From positions 47,678,001-47,742,000 of the forward strand of contig OX597827.1 of assembly GCA_951406725.2 (NCBI GenBank): a stretch of DNA of 64,000 nucleotides, read 5' to 3'. Below the pieces are notes generated by a model. That model was not told where the DNA came from, made no database searches, and was given only the letters and a program-made list of their open reading frames with translations. How positions within the stretch are numbered: the first letter of the stretch is position 1; every line of letters begins with the position of its first letter. The stretch comes from Octopus vulgaris. Taxonomy: Eukaryota. This document shows, in pieces, positions 1 to 13,630 of the stretch. The position numbers were made by a program, and so were the translations under genes.

Positions 1-10
1 GCCGAGATAA

Positions 11-50
<40 letters not shown>

Positions 51-53
<3 letters not shown>

Positions 54-455
54 TAACAATTGAGGATAAAATCTTTAAAAGAAATTATCAGTAGTCAGCG
101 TGAAAAACCTCGTAAGAGAAAAAATCCGTAAATTCTTCCTCTTTGAAAATATTCATTTATATTATATTGAGGGTACTACTATTCGTAGATACTACATGCT
201 ACGACGAATTCTACGGTTGGCTATCGAGTTTGTAATGTTATGTTTTTTCTTATATTTCTTGAGTTTGTTGCACTGACGAACATGAAATGCATATTCTGCA
301 TTAAATGCGAAATCACATGTGATATTTAACTGAATTCTTTTTTAAAATTATGTGTTTTGAAGTTTTGCATTCGGTAAAATTTTGTTTATTTTTAGTAGTT
401 TTGACCGCATTGGTCCCTCTTAGCGTGTTGGTATCTACGAATAGTAGTACCCTCA

Positions 456-462
<7 letters not shown>
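51..462 (+). mobile_element. Penelope-like 3'-end element with inverted terminal arm, embedded in (TA)n
   Basis: Perfect 32-bp inverted repeat 161-192 / 431-462 (attatattgagggtactactattcgtagatac); (TA)n on both sides; HHR motif in the spacer. Confidence 0.7.
261..337 (+). ncRNA. Type I hammerhead ribozyme motif (PLE-type)
   Basis: CTGACGA 273-279; stem II cat/atg plus aatgca/tgcatt; GAAA 309-312; palindromic stem III atcacatgtgat 312-323; AUA triplet; imperfect stem I gagtttgttgca/tttaactgaattc. Confidence 0.7.
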
Positions 463-500
<38 letters not shown>

Positions 501-1282
501 CCATAATAAAACAATCACTACAAACTATATTGTTGTTTCATTTCTGATTTTTGTATGATTGATTTTGCTTTTGAAAGTTTCATTCTTATTTATTTGGTAC
601 TGTTGTTGCTGCTGAGTGTGTGTGCGTGTATATGTGTGTGTATGCTTGTGTGTTTTATAATTATTTTTATAGCTAAGTAAGGCGGTATTCTGTGAGAAAC
701 AGAAGAGTGTTAAGCAGAATAGATAGCTGAAATGTTACATTCTAGAATATTAGGTTTTGAGTTTAAACCTACATAAGTCATCTTTAACTTTCGTTCTTCC
801 GGAATCGATAAAATTATGTGCCAATCTAAGGCTCTTTATTCAAAGGATTATCAGAGTATTGATCAAAACGCTTTGCTGTAATTATTCACAACACCTGTAC
901 CGACGCTGGTGTATAGATATACCGGCCCACGACTTTCCTCTGGGTATCACGGGTAAGTTACAAAGGGGAAATCTTTTACAATTACAAATACTGGCTTTCC
1001 GTTAAATGAAACAGACAATGTTAACCAAACATGCGCCCTGGAATAACTTTCCAGACTCAAATTCAGGTTACACATACTACTCTAGCCGATCTGTAAAGAA
1101 TATCTGTGCTCCAGCATGGTTGCAGCTCTTGAATGGAAACTGGTTAAAGAGGTAAAGAGGATTTAATTTTGTATTAGTTATTGACATTGTTATACAGTTG
1201 ATTTTGTTTCTTACATACACACATACACAAATTTCGGCAGGGTCGTCGTTGTATCAATAAGAAAGATAAACATTGGTTCCAA

Positions 1283-1498
1283 TTCACTTCTTTTATTAAA
1301 ATTAATTAACTAATTAACTATTTCACCAATCAGCCGCCAGTCGATTGTTTCATTAATTTCCACGTCATCTAATCAGCTACAGCTGTCAAAGGTCTTTCGT
1401 CTACCAATAATTGATTAATTGACCGAATGATTAATCAAATTGGATATTATAAAATTGGGTAATCAGTAAACTAGTTGACTAATTTAAAGAAGTGAAAT
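1283..1498. repeat. Imperfect ~45-bp inverted repeat (MITE-like foldback)
   Basis: ttcacttcttt...aattaattaactaattaact...accaat versus attgggtaatcagtaaactagttgactaatttaaagaagtgaa. Confidence 0.45.
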
Positions 1499-2370
1499 AA
1501 AATCACTTTATGTGTTAATTATTGGCACAGTGACCCTCCCGAGATACAACAAAATATATGTAGAGGCAAGCAATGAAAATCTTGATACTGCATTTATGAA
1601 TTAGTTTTGTAAGATTCCTGGTGTGAAATCGTCTGTTGAAACAGATATTGTTATTAACCAAAAACAATAGATAGTAATAATGTGTTTTGAATGGCACAAC
1701 AATGTACTATAATTACTGGTATATTTTAATCATCCATAGTCTGATATAATATTTCGGAATATAAAAATTCCTTCTTCAGATATCCTTAGGGATTTATCGA
1801 GTCATTGCTAAAATCGATTTTCCAACGGCCTTTGTTCTATTTTTTCCTTTTCTTCCTTCTTCCTTTCTTCCCTTTTTTTCTTTCCATGGAAGAGTCTCTG
1901 CACCGGTCTCACGAAGCTCCTTCCGGAATTCCTCATGAGAAGTGCATGAGGGTGGCTATGTCTCAGGCTCGCGTGTGCTGGGACATCCGTTGCACTGCTT
2001 TTAAGTTAAGTATTATGCATGCAGTTTCCTTTTTTCTCCTTCACTTTTCCCTTCCTTTTTTCTTTTCTCTTCCCCCTTTTTTTCATAAATGATACATGAG
2101 CATGTCATAAAGGAAACATTACACGCATCCAGATGTAGCTAGATAATATATTGACTGCCAAGCTCCAGCCCTAGTCTGTCTATGAGAATAGCTTTGTTTA
2201 ATTCTTGAATTACCCAATTTATTGATTGGCCTCAATTGTGGCTGTTTTGCTTTTGTCGGTATTATATTTTGGGATGGTGATATTTTGTGGTGGTGATGGT
2301 GTCAAATAAAACACACACACTACATTCGTTCTTCACTCGTTTATTATTGTTCTTATTCCATCTTATGTCC

Positions 2371-2420
2371 ATTGCCTGGAAATCTTTCGTCACACACTTG
2401 TGACCTCTTAGGCGACATTT
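2371..2420 (-). ncRNA. Degenerate hammerhead-like motif
   Basis: Minus strand reads c-ctaagag-GTCAC aagtgt GTGAC-GAAA-gatttc; CUGANGA core is damaged (CUAAGA). Confidence 0.35.
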
Positions 2421-2697
2421 CTATCTCATATGTATTTTCCCGTTCTGTTTAGTTATGACCATGCCGGAGCGCTAATTCAATGCGTTTGGCCGAACAAATC
2501 TACACCAATTCGCTTCTTTTTTTCTTTTTTTGTTTTTACTCTTACTTATTCTATCAGTTTGTTTTGCAGAAATAGCCACGTTACGGAGACGTAAACAAAC
2601 CAACACTGGTTGCCAAGTGGTGGGAAACATACACATAAACCTACTTATCAATACACAAACGCGCGTGCACACAAACACACAATCACACATACATATA

Positions 2698-4556
2698 CAA
2701 GGTGCATCGCAATACGGTATGCAACTCTTCTAGGAGAGGTAGTAACACCTGTCCTATATTATTGCAATTTTAGTATAATTTTCTATACATCAAATAAGCT
2801 GACCTGCCGACCTTTTATTCCAGATTGACATGGCTCTAACAACGTTTTTAAAACGATCCACACAACACTGCCTGTCGCTGCTGACTAGTTTGCAGAATAT
2901 ACTCTGGACGTTATGACCATGTGAAACCTTCCTCTGCTACAAAGTTTAGTATTAAAGTGGATAAAAATGCTACAGAAATGTATGGAATGACTCAAATTGC
3001 TTATGCAATAATTTGTATGCTCCTAACATCTATTTCTCGCCAGCGAAAGAATTTCCAAGGCGGCAAAGAAGCAATAAGAAACTCTGACTGATCTGGTTGA
3101 GAAAATTCGCAACTTTTGGAGGAATAGCGTCGTATGTCTGTAAAGACAATAAGCATACAGTCTGGAGGTGTGGTAAATGTACACAGAATTATTCATGGAT
3201 CTCTAGACTTGTGTGCAAAATTAGTGAAACGGTTGTTCTTGGGGTTTAGTGTCGAACATGAATGGAACGAGTAGGCGGCAACAGAGAAATGGTTCAGCTC
3301 ATTACCTTAAATCCAAGAGTACTCAAGTATCTGGTGATCTCTAAGAAGAGCTAGATCTGTTATCACACTGAAATCAAGCCACAGAGTGCTGAATGTAAGG
3401 ATCCTGGCTCACTTAGACCCAATAAGGCCACTCAAATTAAGTCCTCGAGGAAGCTCATGAAATTTTAACAGTGAATTCTGGCAATGCATCTCACATAAGT
3501 AAATCTACTTGCACTGACTGTAAAGAGATCTTGGAGTGAATAGCAGTGATAACAAAATTTAAGACATGCACATTGATCTCCATCAAATAAATTAATGTGA
3601 CTCAAGCCGTTCATATTTTATACAGTTATTGGTTGATGCAAATATTTCAGTAATATTTTTCCGTATAGCCAATCAATGACAGAAGTCAATTTATACAACA
3701 CTTCCAAATCAAAATGAAGAAAGAATAAAAAGTAAAAACATTTTACGCAGAATATTTTCCTATAAAATATCAGATGAATCTCTCAACTAATTCGCAAACA
3801 AAAGAGAATAAGCCGTCGAACAAATATTTTAAACTCCTAGATCACAATGCGACACACTAACACACAAAGATGCTGGTAATCAGGGTAAAGTCTCAAGTAA
3901 TCAAAACAAAAATGGCAATGACGAAGACGATGATGATGATGATGGCGATCGTGATGATATAGGCACAAGACATGTTTGACGGGACGATGTAGTGTATAAG
4001 AACGACCCCTGCACTTGAGTGGTACTACATAGTTATCGATCTGTATGTAAGAAGCAAAACGACTGGCATCTCCATGGCCACACAATAAACAAAAAAACAG
4101 TTTATGGAGCTTTTGAGGGAGCCCTGGAAAAGATTTTGTCACAAACGTCCAGAGTTCTTCCACTCGGGTCAGTAACGCCTACACTGGAACAATGAACCAG
4201 TTCACAGTTCCATCCTAGTAAGCAACTACTCGACAGGGGTGGGCATCAAGGCTATTTCTTGTCACCCCTACATTTCAGACATTGTTCTCTATGAATTTTT
4301 GGTTCTTTTTAAAGCTGAAACAGAAACTCAAGAGCAGCCATTTTGAAGATATTGAGAAGATGAAGGGTGCTTGTGAAAAGGATCCTGGGCACAATCGCTT
4401 TGTAGGATTTCCATGGGGCTTCACAGAATTGCTGAAGTGTTACAAGTGCATTGATGTCAGAGGATACTACTTTTGAAGACACTATAATTTTCTGCTTCTT
4501 TGAAATTAATAAATATCTCTCTTGAAAAGGTCTCAAAACTTCGAGAATGCACCTTG
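2698..4556 (+). mobile_element. Decayed mariner (DD34D-type) transposon interrupted by a templated insertion
   Basis: TIR-like ends caaggtgcat / atgcaccttg; transposase remnants KFSIKVDKNATEMYGM near 2941, KSSRKLM near 3440, and HPYISDIVLYEF (HPYSPDLAPCDF-like) plus KLKQKLKSSHFEDIE near 4263-4350. Confidence 0.7.
3457..4041. repeat. Left arm of local inverted duplication (partner 7212-8197)
   Basis: Near-identical reverse complement of 7212-7470 plus 7904-8197. Confidence 0.95.
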
Positions 4557-6969
4557 TTTATGAGACAAGCTTTCTCAAAGTTTTCGTCGATTTGCACTCA
4601 AAGTAGAAGACACGTATCCAAGATGAAGAAGTGGGACTGGAAACGAAACCATGTTGCAAGGATGCGTTTTGGTTTCGGTTGGTGCGTTTGCCAATCACAT
4701 TTTCACGGTACTTCGAACTTTCAGATAACGGAGTGTTCTAGCTTCACATGATGTTCGTCAAACAGAGCACTTAACACAAGCACGCATATATTGTTCTATA
4801 GCCATGGCTGCGGTTATTTTTGACTTCATCGATTATCGTTGTGGATAAAGAAGAGCAGTTCTTCTGTTTATCTTTTTCTTATGATATTCATTTTTACTGT
4901 TGTTTTTATAAACGTTAATCTTTCTCTATTGTTTTCTATTTTACAATTTCGTTTGTTCTTTTCATTGTTGAGGCTATCGTTGTTTTCTATTCATGTTTCC
5001 GTTTCGTTCTTTATATATTTTCTTCAATGAATTTATGTCGACTTACTCTCTTTACTTCGTTTTACGTTTGTTTTGGTTTGTGGTCAGTTACATCTGAATT
5101 TTAACGACAATTGATTTTTTAAAAATGATTAATGTCGTTTATAAAATACGGTAAAGATAAACCGGAAAACAAAATAGATTTTATTTTGCGAAGGGGAGTT
5201 CATTCTAGAGAAAGGTGTAGCAATGTTCAAGAGATAAGCGTTTGTGCTTATCGTGTGTATGTGTGTGTTCGGTTGTGGGCTGAGATAAACAAAAAGGGAG
5301 AAAAGTGGAAAGTGTGAAGCTGTGGCTCTCAGGCTTTGCCGTACTTTTTATTGCAAGGCATATGCGGTTGGTGAGTTTATCAATGACAACAGTTTCATGT
5401 TATTTCTAACTTTCAGATAACGGAGTGTTCCAGTTTCATATAATTTTCGTGAAAATAATCAGCATACACACATCCGGAGAAAGCCATTTGACGGTACATT
5501 GTCAGTATCATCAGCTTCAATGCCAGTCCCTACTTTAATACAAGCTGACATAATTTAGAAGTTAGGAATTTTCAAGTTGCTGTCTATGCACCTCTTGCCA
5601 GGGACCTGCCGACTACCAGCTCCGATCCACAGAAAACTTGCACGATAGCACACATCAGTAAATGTACAAAGAAACACATTTACAATTTATATCCTCGTAA
5701 TCCAAGATTTACGGTTGCTTTGAATGCGGTTCACAATAGCTAAAAAATAAACAACACCATTCACGAACTGGAAAAAGAGCGTTTGTCAGGGTCAGATAAT
5801 ATTTGGTGCATACTTTGAGAACATACTCTCCATTGGATCTGAGATTATCGATTAGTTTTTGCTAAATTATCTCCTTTAATCATTCCCTAGACTTGTATTA
5901 AAATCTCAGTATCGATACGTAATGTCTCATAGAATTCCTAATTCTGTTCGAATGCAACCATCCGAAAGTAAACGCACTTACTATTGAAATTCATGTTAGC
6001 GCTCGACAAATCTTTATTAACGTATCGAATAATATGAACAGGGAATCAAGATTCGGTTGCTGAGAGCAATTTTCGCGATGGCTACGCGATATTCGTTCCA
6101 CTTGGTAAAACGTCTACATTTCCTAACCAGAAACTAGTTTTGTTCTGATAACTTTCATTCTCTTCTCAGACGTTGTTTTCAGCCAGAAATACATAGTGTA
6201 TATCTTACAGAAATCCCTTATCAACCATCGCAGTTCTACATTCAGGCATTCCAGAATTAGGATCCATCCACAAATTTCTAGTGTCCCAGGAATCAAAAAT
6301 TAGTTTGACTTGTTCAATTTCTACGTTTCACAGAAATGAAACTTCTGCCAGGGGTATATCCGAGTCTACTTAAATTAAATTGCATACACTGTTTTCCTCT
6401 CGCTCATCTTATCTAGATTGGAACAGGTAGTACAATTTCTAAACAAGGCGGCCTGGTCATTTGAATAACAGATTGAGCAGCTGCCCATATTCCGCTCATC
6501 CATGACAAATACAGTTCCCGGTGTTTACTGCATTTCCATAAAATTTTATATGAATGGTGGGACACCTTTCTAAACAATTCAAAGATATTCATTTACTTTC
6601 CTTTGTAGGAAAAAGATTCTAGCAAAACTGAACTACTTGCTAAGAAACTACAAAATATTTCCAAATGCAAGTGTGGATTTTCTTTTAAGACCGGGAACAA
6701 TACGGTTTTCACTTTGTAATATATCCAGGTAAGATCTAGAGAGCAGCGTGTGACACATTTCATCACATTCGTGATGATGATCATAGCAACAACGACAATA
6801 ATAATAAAAGAAAAGAATGACAATAATAACAAGAATATTTATCATCATAATCATCGCCATTCTCAGCATCATCAGCATAGGGGCTGTGGATTGGCAGAAT
6901 TGCTATTTGTTCCAGCTCTTTACGTTCTGGTTTCTAATCCCAGCAAGTCAAGATAGTTGTTTATAGTTT

Positions 6970-7205
6970 CGGGGGCTGGCAGAAACGTTAGCACGCTGGG
7001 CGAAATGCTTAGCGGTATTCCGTCTGCCGTTACGTTCTGAGTTCAAATTCCACCGAGGTCGACTTTGCCTATCATATTTTCGGGGTCGATAAATTAAGTA
7101 CTAGTTACGCACTGGGGTCGATGTAATCGACCTAATCCCTTTGTCTGCCCTTGATTGTTCCTTTTATGTTTAGCCATAAAAAATATGTGAGCCATAAAAA
7201 ATAAG
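6970..7205 (+). mobile_element. tRNA-derived SINE, family 2
   Basis: gctggcagaaacgttagc A-box region, gagttcaaattcc B-box, conserved gactttgcct..cat..ttcggggtcgataaattaagta core; several paralogs in the window. Confidence 0.8.
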
Positions 7206-7211
7206 TTTCCG

Positions 7212-8197
7212 GATCGATAACTATGTAGTACCATTCAAGTGCAGGGGTCGTTGTTTTACACTACATCGTCCCGTCAAACATGTCTTGTGCCTAAATCATC
7301 ACGATCACCATCATCATCATCATCGTCTTCGTCACTGCCATTTTTGTTTTGATTACTTGAGAGTTTACCCTGATTACCAGCATCTTTGTGTTTGTGTGTC
7401 GCATTCTCTTATTCTCTTTTGTCAGCGAATCACTTGAGAGATTCATCTGATATTTTATAGGAAAATATTCTCTCTCTCTCTCTCTCTTTTACTCTTTTAC
7501 TCTCTCTCTCTCTCTCTTTTACTTGTTTCAGTCATTTGACTGCGGCCATGCTGGAGCACCGCCTTTAGTCGAGCAAATCGACCCCAGGACTTATTCTTTG
7601 TAAGTCCAGTACTTATTCTATCGGACCCTTTTGCCGAACCGCTAGGTGACGGGGACGTAAACACACCAGCATCGGTTGTCAAGCAATGCTAGGGGGACAA
7701 ACACAGACACACAAACACACACATACATATATATATACATATATATACGACAGGCTTCTTTCAGTTTCCGTCTACCAAATCCACTCACAAGGCATTGGTC
7801 GGCCCGGGGCTATAGCAGAAGACTCTTGCCCAAGATGCCACGCAGTGGGACTGAACCCGGAACCATGTGGTTGGTTAGCAAGCTACTTACCACACAGCCA
7901 CTCCTGCGTAAAATGTTTTTACTTTTTATTGATTCTTCATTTTGATTTGGAAGTGTTGTATAAATTGACTTCTGTCATTGATTGGCTATACGGAAAAATA
8001 TTACTGAAATATTTGCATCAACCAATAACTGTATAAAATATGAACGGCTTGAGTCACATTAATTTATTTGATGGAGATCAATGTGCATGTCTTAATTTTT
8101 GTAATCACTGCTATTCACGCCAAGATCTCTTTACAGTCAGTGCAAGTAGATTTACATATGTGAGATGCATTGCCAGAATTCACTGTTAAAATTTCAT
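7212..8197. repeat. Right arm (probable donor) of local inverted duplication, interrupted by a SINE
   Basis: Reverse complement of 3457-4041 with a SINE inserted at 7471-7907. Confidence 0.95.
7471..7907 (-). mobile_element. tRNA-derived SINE, family 1 (full length)
   Basis: Minus-strand head gcaggagtggctgtgtggtaag...ccgggttcagtccc (A/B boxes), CORE-like cttgggcaag, internal (TA)/(TG) tract, tail ctgaaacaagtaaaagag(ag)n. Confidence 0.9.
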
Positions 8198-8834
8198 TCT
8201 ACTTTTATCTATTTCCTTAATGGCGGGCGAGGGGAGCGAATCAGAGTCTTTGTTTTTCTGATCAAAATGTGGAGACAGGCATTTGCAACGTGAGAAATAT
8301 TAAGCTTCAGAGGGTGATCATTTATGGCAATAAGCAATAAGCTAGACATCAATCTTCTGACATGGAAGTGAAATGTCACGTTAATAGAATAGGCACCGTT
8401 TCAAAAGAACGGCAATATCGAGAAGAGCAATTCTTAAGATGTAATTAGCTTCAAACCAGTGATTTATGCGCGTTCATTTAGTAATTAACTTTCAGAGAAA
8501 TTGATTGTAAAGATGCGAACTGAAAAGATCAGTTTGTAATTACGTTATCTGAGCGCCTAAGACAAGTCAGAGCAAATGCTACAAGCTAATAGCCGCAGAA
8601 TCGTCTCACTAACAATTATATTTCTAAAGGGCTACACCTAGTGGGCAATTTCCATTTCCTTCGATTTGTGGTTCTAGGTGAAATATTATGTCAAGTCATG
8701 GTGATTAGAGACACATAAATCTTTTCCACGTTAGTTATCATATGTGAAGACATTAAACAATTACAAGACGTGCTTATATATACATCTCTATATAAAAATC
8801 TGTGTATAATTATGTAAATATACGTAGACACACC

Positions 8835-9185
<351 letters not shown>

Positions 9186-9523
9186 AGTATATAAATAATG
9201 TATCGTTCTCAACTTTATATTGTGTTATAAATTGATATTTTAAAGTTAATGTAGGTATGTACGTTCCAAGCTTTTGCCTATAGTTTTGCGCCGCGCTATC
9301 TGAAATTTAACTTAGCAGTCCAACTTACTACGGTTATGTAATTTCCTATCATCATGATTATTTATAAATTTCTGTTATTAGAAATTTTCATTTTGTAACG
9401 ACCATATCTCATCATTATATACTTTATTGCATCTTCATGCATCCGTGTAGATATAGAATACAGTATGGAAAAGGAATTTTAACTAATGAAACTTTCTATT
9501 GATTTTATAACTTCATTCTCAAT

Positions 9524-9640
9524 GTTCTACAATAGCCTCAGACTGACCAAAGCCTTGTGTGTGGATTTGATAAACGGAAATGGAATGAAACCTATCGTAT
9601 ATATATATATATAATTATATTTACATACACACACACACAC

Positions 9641-9717
<77 letters not shown>

Positions 9718-9966
9718 TTATTTTCATGTGTATATATATATATACGTATGTGTGTGTGTGTCATTGAGTCTGTGTTTCTTCCTCCCACCATCGCTTGACG
9801 ACCAATGTTGGTACGTTTGCGTTCCCGTGACCTCGCGTTTCGGCAACAGGAGAACGATAGAACAAGGACTAGGCTTACAAAGAAGTCTTGAAAACAAACT
9901 CTTCAAGGCGGTGCTTCAGCATGACCGCAGTCAAATATCTGAAACAAGTAAAGAAAAAAAAAGAGA
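9524..9966 (+). mobile_element. SINE family 1, 5'-truncated and diverged
   Basis: gaccaaagccttgtg.gtggattt...ggcggtgcttcagcatgaccgcagtcaaat.tctgaaacaagtaaag. Confidence 0.85.
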
Positions 9967-10771
9967 ATTCAAAAATATACCACATACATGTGTTCAGAAC
10001 AGGAAATGTTAAACGACCGAAAAATGAGTCAAAGTAAATATTTTTTTATGGGTTATTTACTATTTCAATATATTTACTTCTAAAGATAAGAAAATATATC
10101 GAATATCACATTAAATGATAGAAAAGGTAATTTGGAACCCAATTAGAGTTTTTTGTAAGAATACACGTAAATATTTTAAATCCTTTGATTGTGTATATAA
10201 ACTTCATACTGGTTATGCCACTATTAATGTTAACTGCACACCACAAAATATAATTGATACTTTCTACGTAGGTACGTCTTCATTAACTCATAGAGGTATG
10301 TTTTTATAGACAAAAGGTATTTGATTCCTTGTCTGTAAAGTGATATTTGAGGAAATATGAACAAAAAGTCTGTAAATGTGCAAATATTCTCTCTGCTAAG
10401 AAGTCTCATTAAACGTATCTGCGCTTCTTATGACATTATTCTCATGAAAACCGTTGTGTAAAACTGCTTTCCGTAGTTAATGATAATATATGTTTGAGCT
10501 CATATACTCGCAATCTGTGTTCAAGCGGTTAAAAAATATTTGTGAAGGTGATATTGTGAGAAAAATATAAAAGCACAAAGACGAGATAAAAACAAACAAA
10601 ATGTATTAGACTTATGCAAATTAGAAAAATTAAGATGAAAAATTGTTTACGTTTCGAGCATAAACCCTGACAATCCAATTCTGACAATTCAAGTAAACAT
10701 ATCTGAAAATGATATGTTCTTAAATCTTTGTGAGATGAAAATACCGTTAAACATATAGGGAATTTAACTAT

Positions 10772-10944
10772 CGCAGAAGTGGTTGTGTGTTAAGTAGCTT
10801 GCTTACCAATCATGTGGTTCTGGGTTCAGTCCTACTGCGTGGCACCTTGGACAATTGTCTTCTACTATAGCCTCGAGCCGAACAAAGCCTTGTGAGTGGA
10901 TTTGGTAGACGGAAACTGAAAGAAGCCCGTCGTACATATGTATG

Positions 10945-10988
<44 letters not shown>

Positions 10989-11217
10989 TGTGTGTGTGTG
11001 TATGTTTGTGTCACTGTATTTGTCCCCCAAACATCGCTTGACAACCGATGATGCTGTGTTTATGTCCCCGTAACTTAGCGTTTCGACCGATAGAATAAAT
11101 ACTAGGTTTACAAAGAACAAGTCCGGGGGGGGGGGGCGATTTACTCGACTAAGGGCGGTGCTCCAGTATGGCCGCAGTCAACAGACTGAAACAAGTAAAA
11201 GAATAAAAGAGAGAGAG
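10772..11217 (+). mobile_element. SINE family 1 with 4-bp TSD (tatc)
   Basis: Full head to tail; tatc at 10769-10772 and 11218-11221. Confidence 0.9.
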
Positions 11218-13532
11218 TATCAGATGCTGAAATATACGCAATATGTAATTCTTGCCATGTCTGAAGGCGTATTGTGACGGTTGAAACAGGATGAAAGTCA
11301 ATTTCCTTACAACACAGATTCGAACAAACATTACTTGTGATGATACAGCGTAGCATGTTCAAAGATACACCAGCTTGTGATACATTCCTTAATGATTTAT
11401 AATGGCTTGTATACCATCTTCTATACCTGAATACTTTTGTATCTATAGAAGTCTCAATTTGTCTTTGTGTGGAATGCTGTTGTCATATTTGGGTAAGAGC
11501 ACCATATTGGTACATGGATCAAATCGACCTGGTTCACAAGCAAGCCTCTATCATTGCTCTCTCAGATGATTCAACACTGTAACTCTGGTCACAGCAACCT
11601 GATGTCGCCAGTCTTAATCTCTTCGATCGTCACTGCTACAGGAAGTGTTCCGATGAACTTATTCTCTTATCTCCAGATCACTTTGTATCATATCGCCTGA
11701 CTCGAAAATCACACCGTCTTCATCTAAATGCTGTTGAACTTCCCCAAACATGGATGTCATTCTACGGTTGTAGGTTCTTCCTTCGAAATGTCAGACTTTC
11801 GAACTCTCTTCAGTTTTATTGTTCTCCTCCTTCTTACGGTATTTTACCAATGTGCCACGCATTGGTATCGAACCGGATTGGACTTCACGGATGCGAAGGA
11901 AACTTTTTTCACTCTACAATAATATGTATGCAGGTGTGTATTTGTAAATTAGCGAAAGTTTTTGTAAAATTTAAATACAAAAGAGAATTGTAAATTAAAT
12001 TTAGGATAAAATTATAATTCATTAACAGATGCACAGCAACGCAGAAATTTATTAGTCGAAGAATTCCTCGCCAAACGAAATGAAAATGTAATGAAAATTA
12101 CAATTACAAAAAAAGAAAAACAGCAATGAATATTGGTCTGAGAATTCACGTAAACGTATTTGAAAATGCTAAGATAAATATGGTTTGAAATCTTTGCAAT
12201 AAGGAGAAATAACGTTAAAAATGTAGAGTCTTTAACTATTAGATGCCAAAATATACATAATATATACTGTCTGCCATGTCTGCAGGAATTTCATAGTATT
12301 ATGGCGGTTGAAACAAGATGAAAGACAGTTCTCATACAACGCGGTTTCGAACAAAAATTTGTTTCTAATTGTTTGCTCGATAAAGTAATTACTTGAGAAA
12401 ACAATTACCACAGAAGACTAGTACTAGTTTCATTGAAATCACTTGTATATAGCGACGCAATGCAAATAGAATGTGGGATTTCTCTTAATAAGCAACCGAA
12501 ATTAATACAATAACAAATCTTTGCAAAATTTGTTGAATCGAGAGAAAGCGAAGACATGAACCTAAGACAATCTCTCACAACGTATTTTCTTGCGTTTATA
12601 CTACACTTTACCAGATGGTTTTGCTCGTGTACAATTTTCAAATAATTAAACATGTCGTCTTATCCTTCTATAAATCATTCAGTTTCTCGATTTCAGATGT
12701 TATTTGGGAATAATGTGTGTGTGTGGAAGACAAATATGTGTATCCGTTTGAGTGTCTGAATGGCTATAAAGGAACATCAGAAAAAGTCGAGAAAAAACTG
12801 AATTAAAATATCTGTAAATTAGATATTTAAACAAAAATGTATCCTCTTTTGATTTGTACGTGCGCTGTACAAAGAAACTGAGCTTTATTATTTCTACAAT
12901 CATGCATTTAAATATTTGCTGACTATGCTTTTTGTTACCTATTGGCGAAATTCATTGAGTTTTTTTCTCTAATAATATGACGACTTTATTCTGCCATTTT
13001 CGACGATATTCTTGGATTTTGACAAAATCAGTCTCATTAAAAAGCAAAATTGTATTTCTAAATTCTTGTCGTTGTCCTTGTGATTAATCTGTCCTCACAT
13101 CTGCTTCTTCCATAATTATTTTTCTTTATTTCCGTTAGCAAATTTTCTGTTCAAATAACTTCTTTGTATTTCCTCTACACCTGCTAATCATATCTGTAAT
13201 TTTTAATCTAAATATTCATTCTAGTCATAACTCTAAAAATATTTTAATATTTTTTCCGTGTTTTTCTCATTTAATTGACTTTTACTAGACTTTCACATAT
13301 ATTCATATTTTCATATATAATTTTGCCGTTTCTTCAATATTTTGTATATATTTTTTACTGATTAATTTCTGCCTTATATCCAACATCTTCTCTCATTCTC
13401 ACTTTATTTCTCTTTCTCTTTCTCTTTTTCACCGTCTTAATATTCATTCTAATTTCCCTATTTTATTGTCCTCTTTAAATATTTCATTTTTTATATTACA
13501 ATTTCTTCCAAATATCATATTTCTTTTACACG

Positions 13533-13545
13533 CCTACTACTGCTG

Positions 13546-13578
<33 letters not shown>

Positions 13579-13599
13579 AACTACTACTACTACTACTAA

Positions 13600-13630
<31 letters not shown>

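Noticed and set aside
5480-5520. Minus-strand CTGATGA
   Set aside because: No GAAA or stem III at a suitable distance
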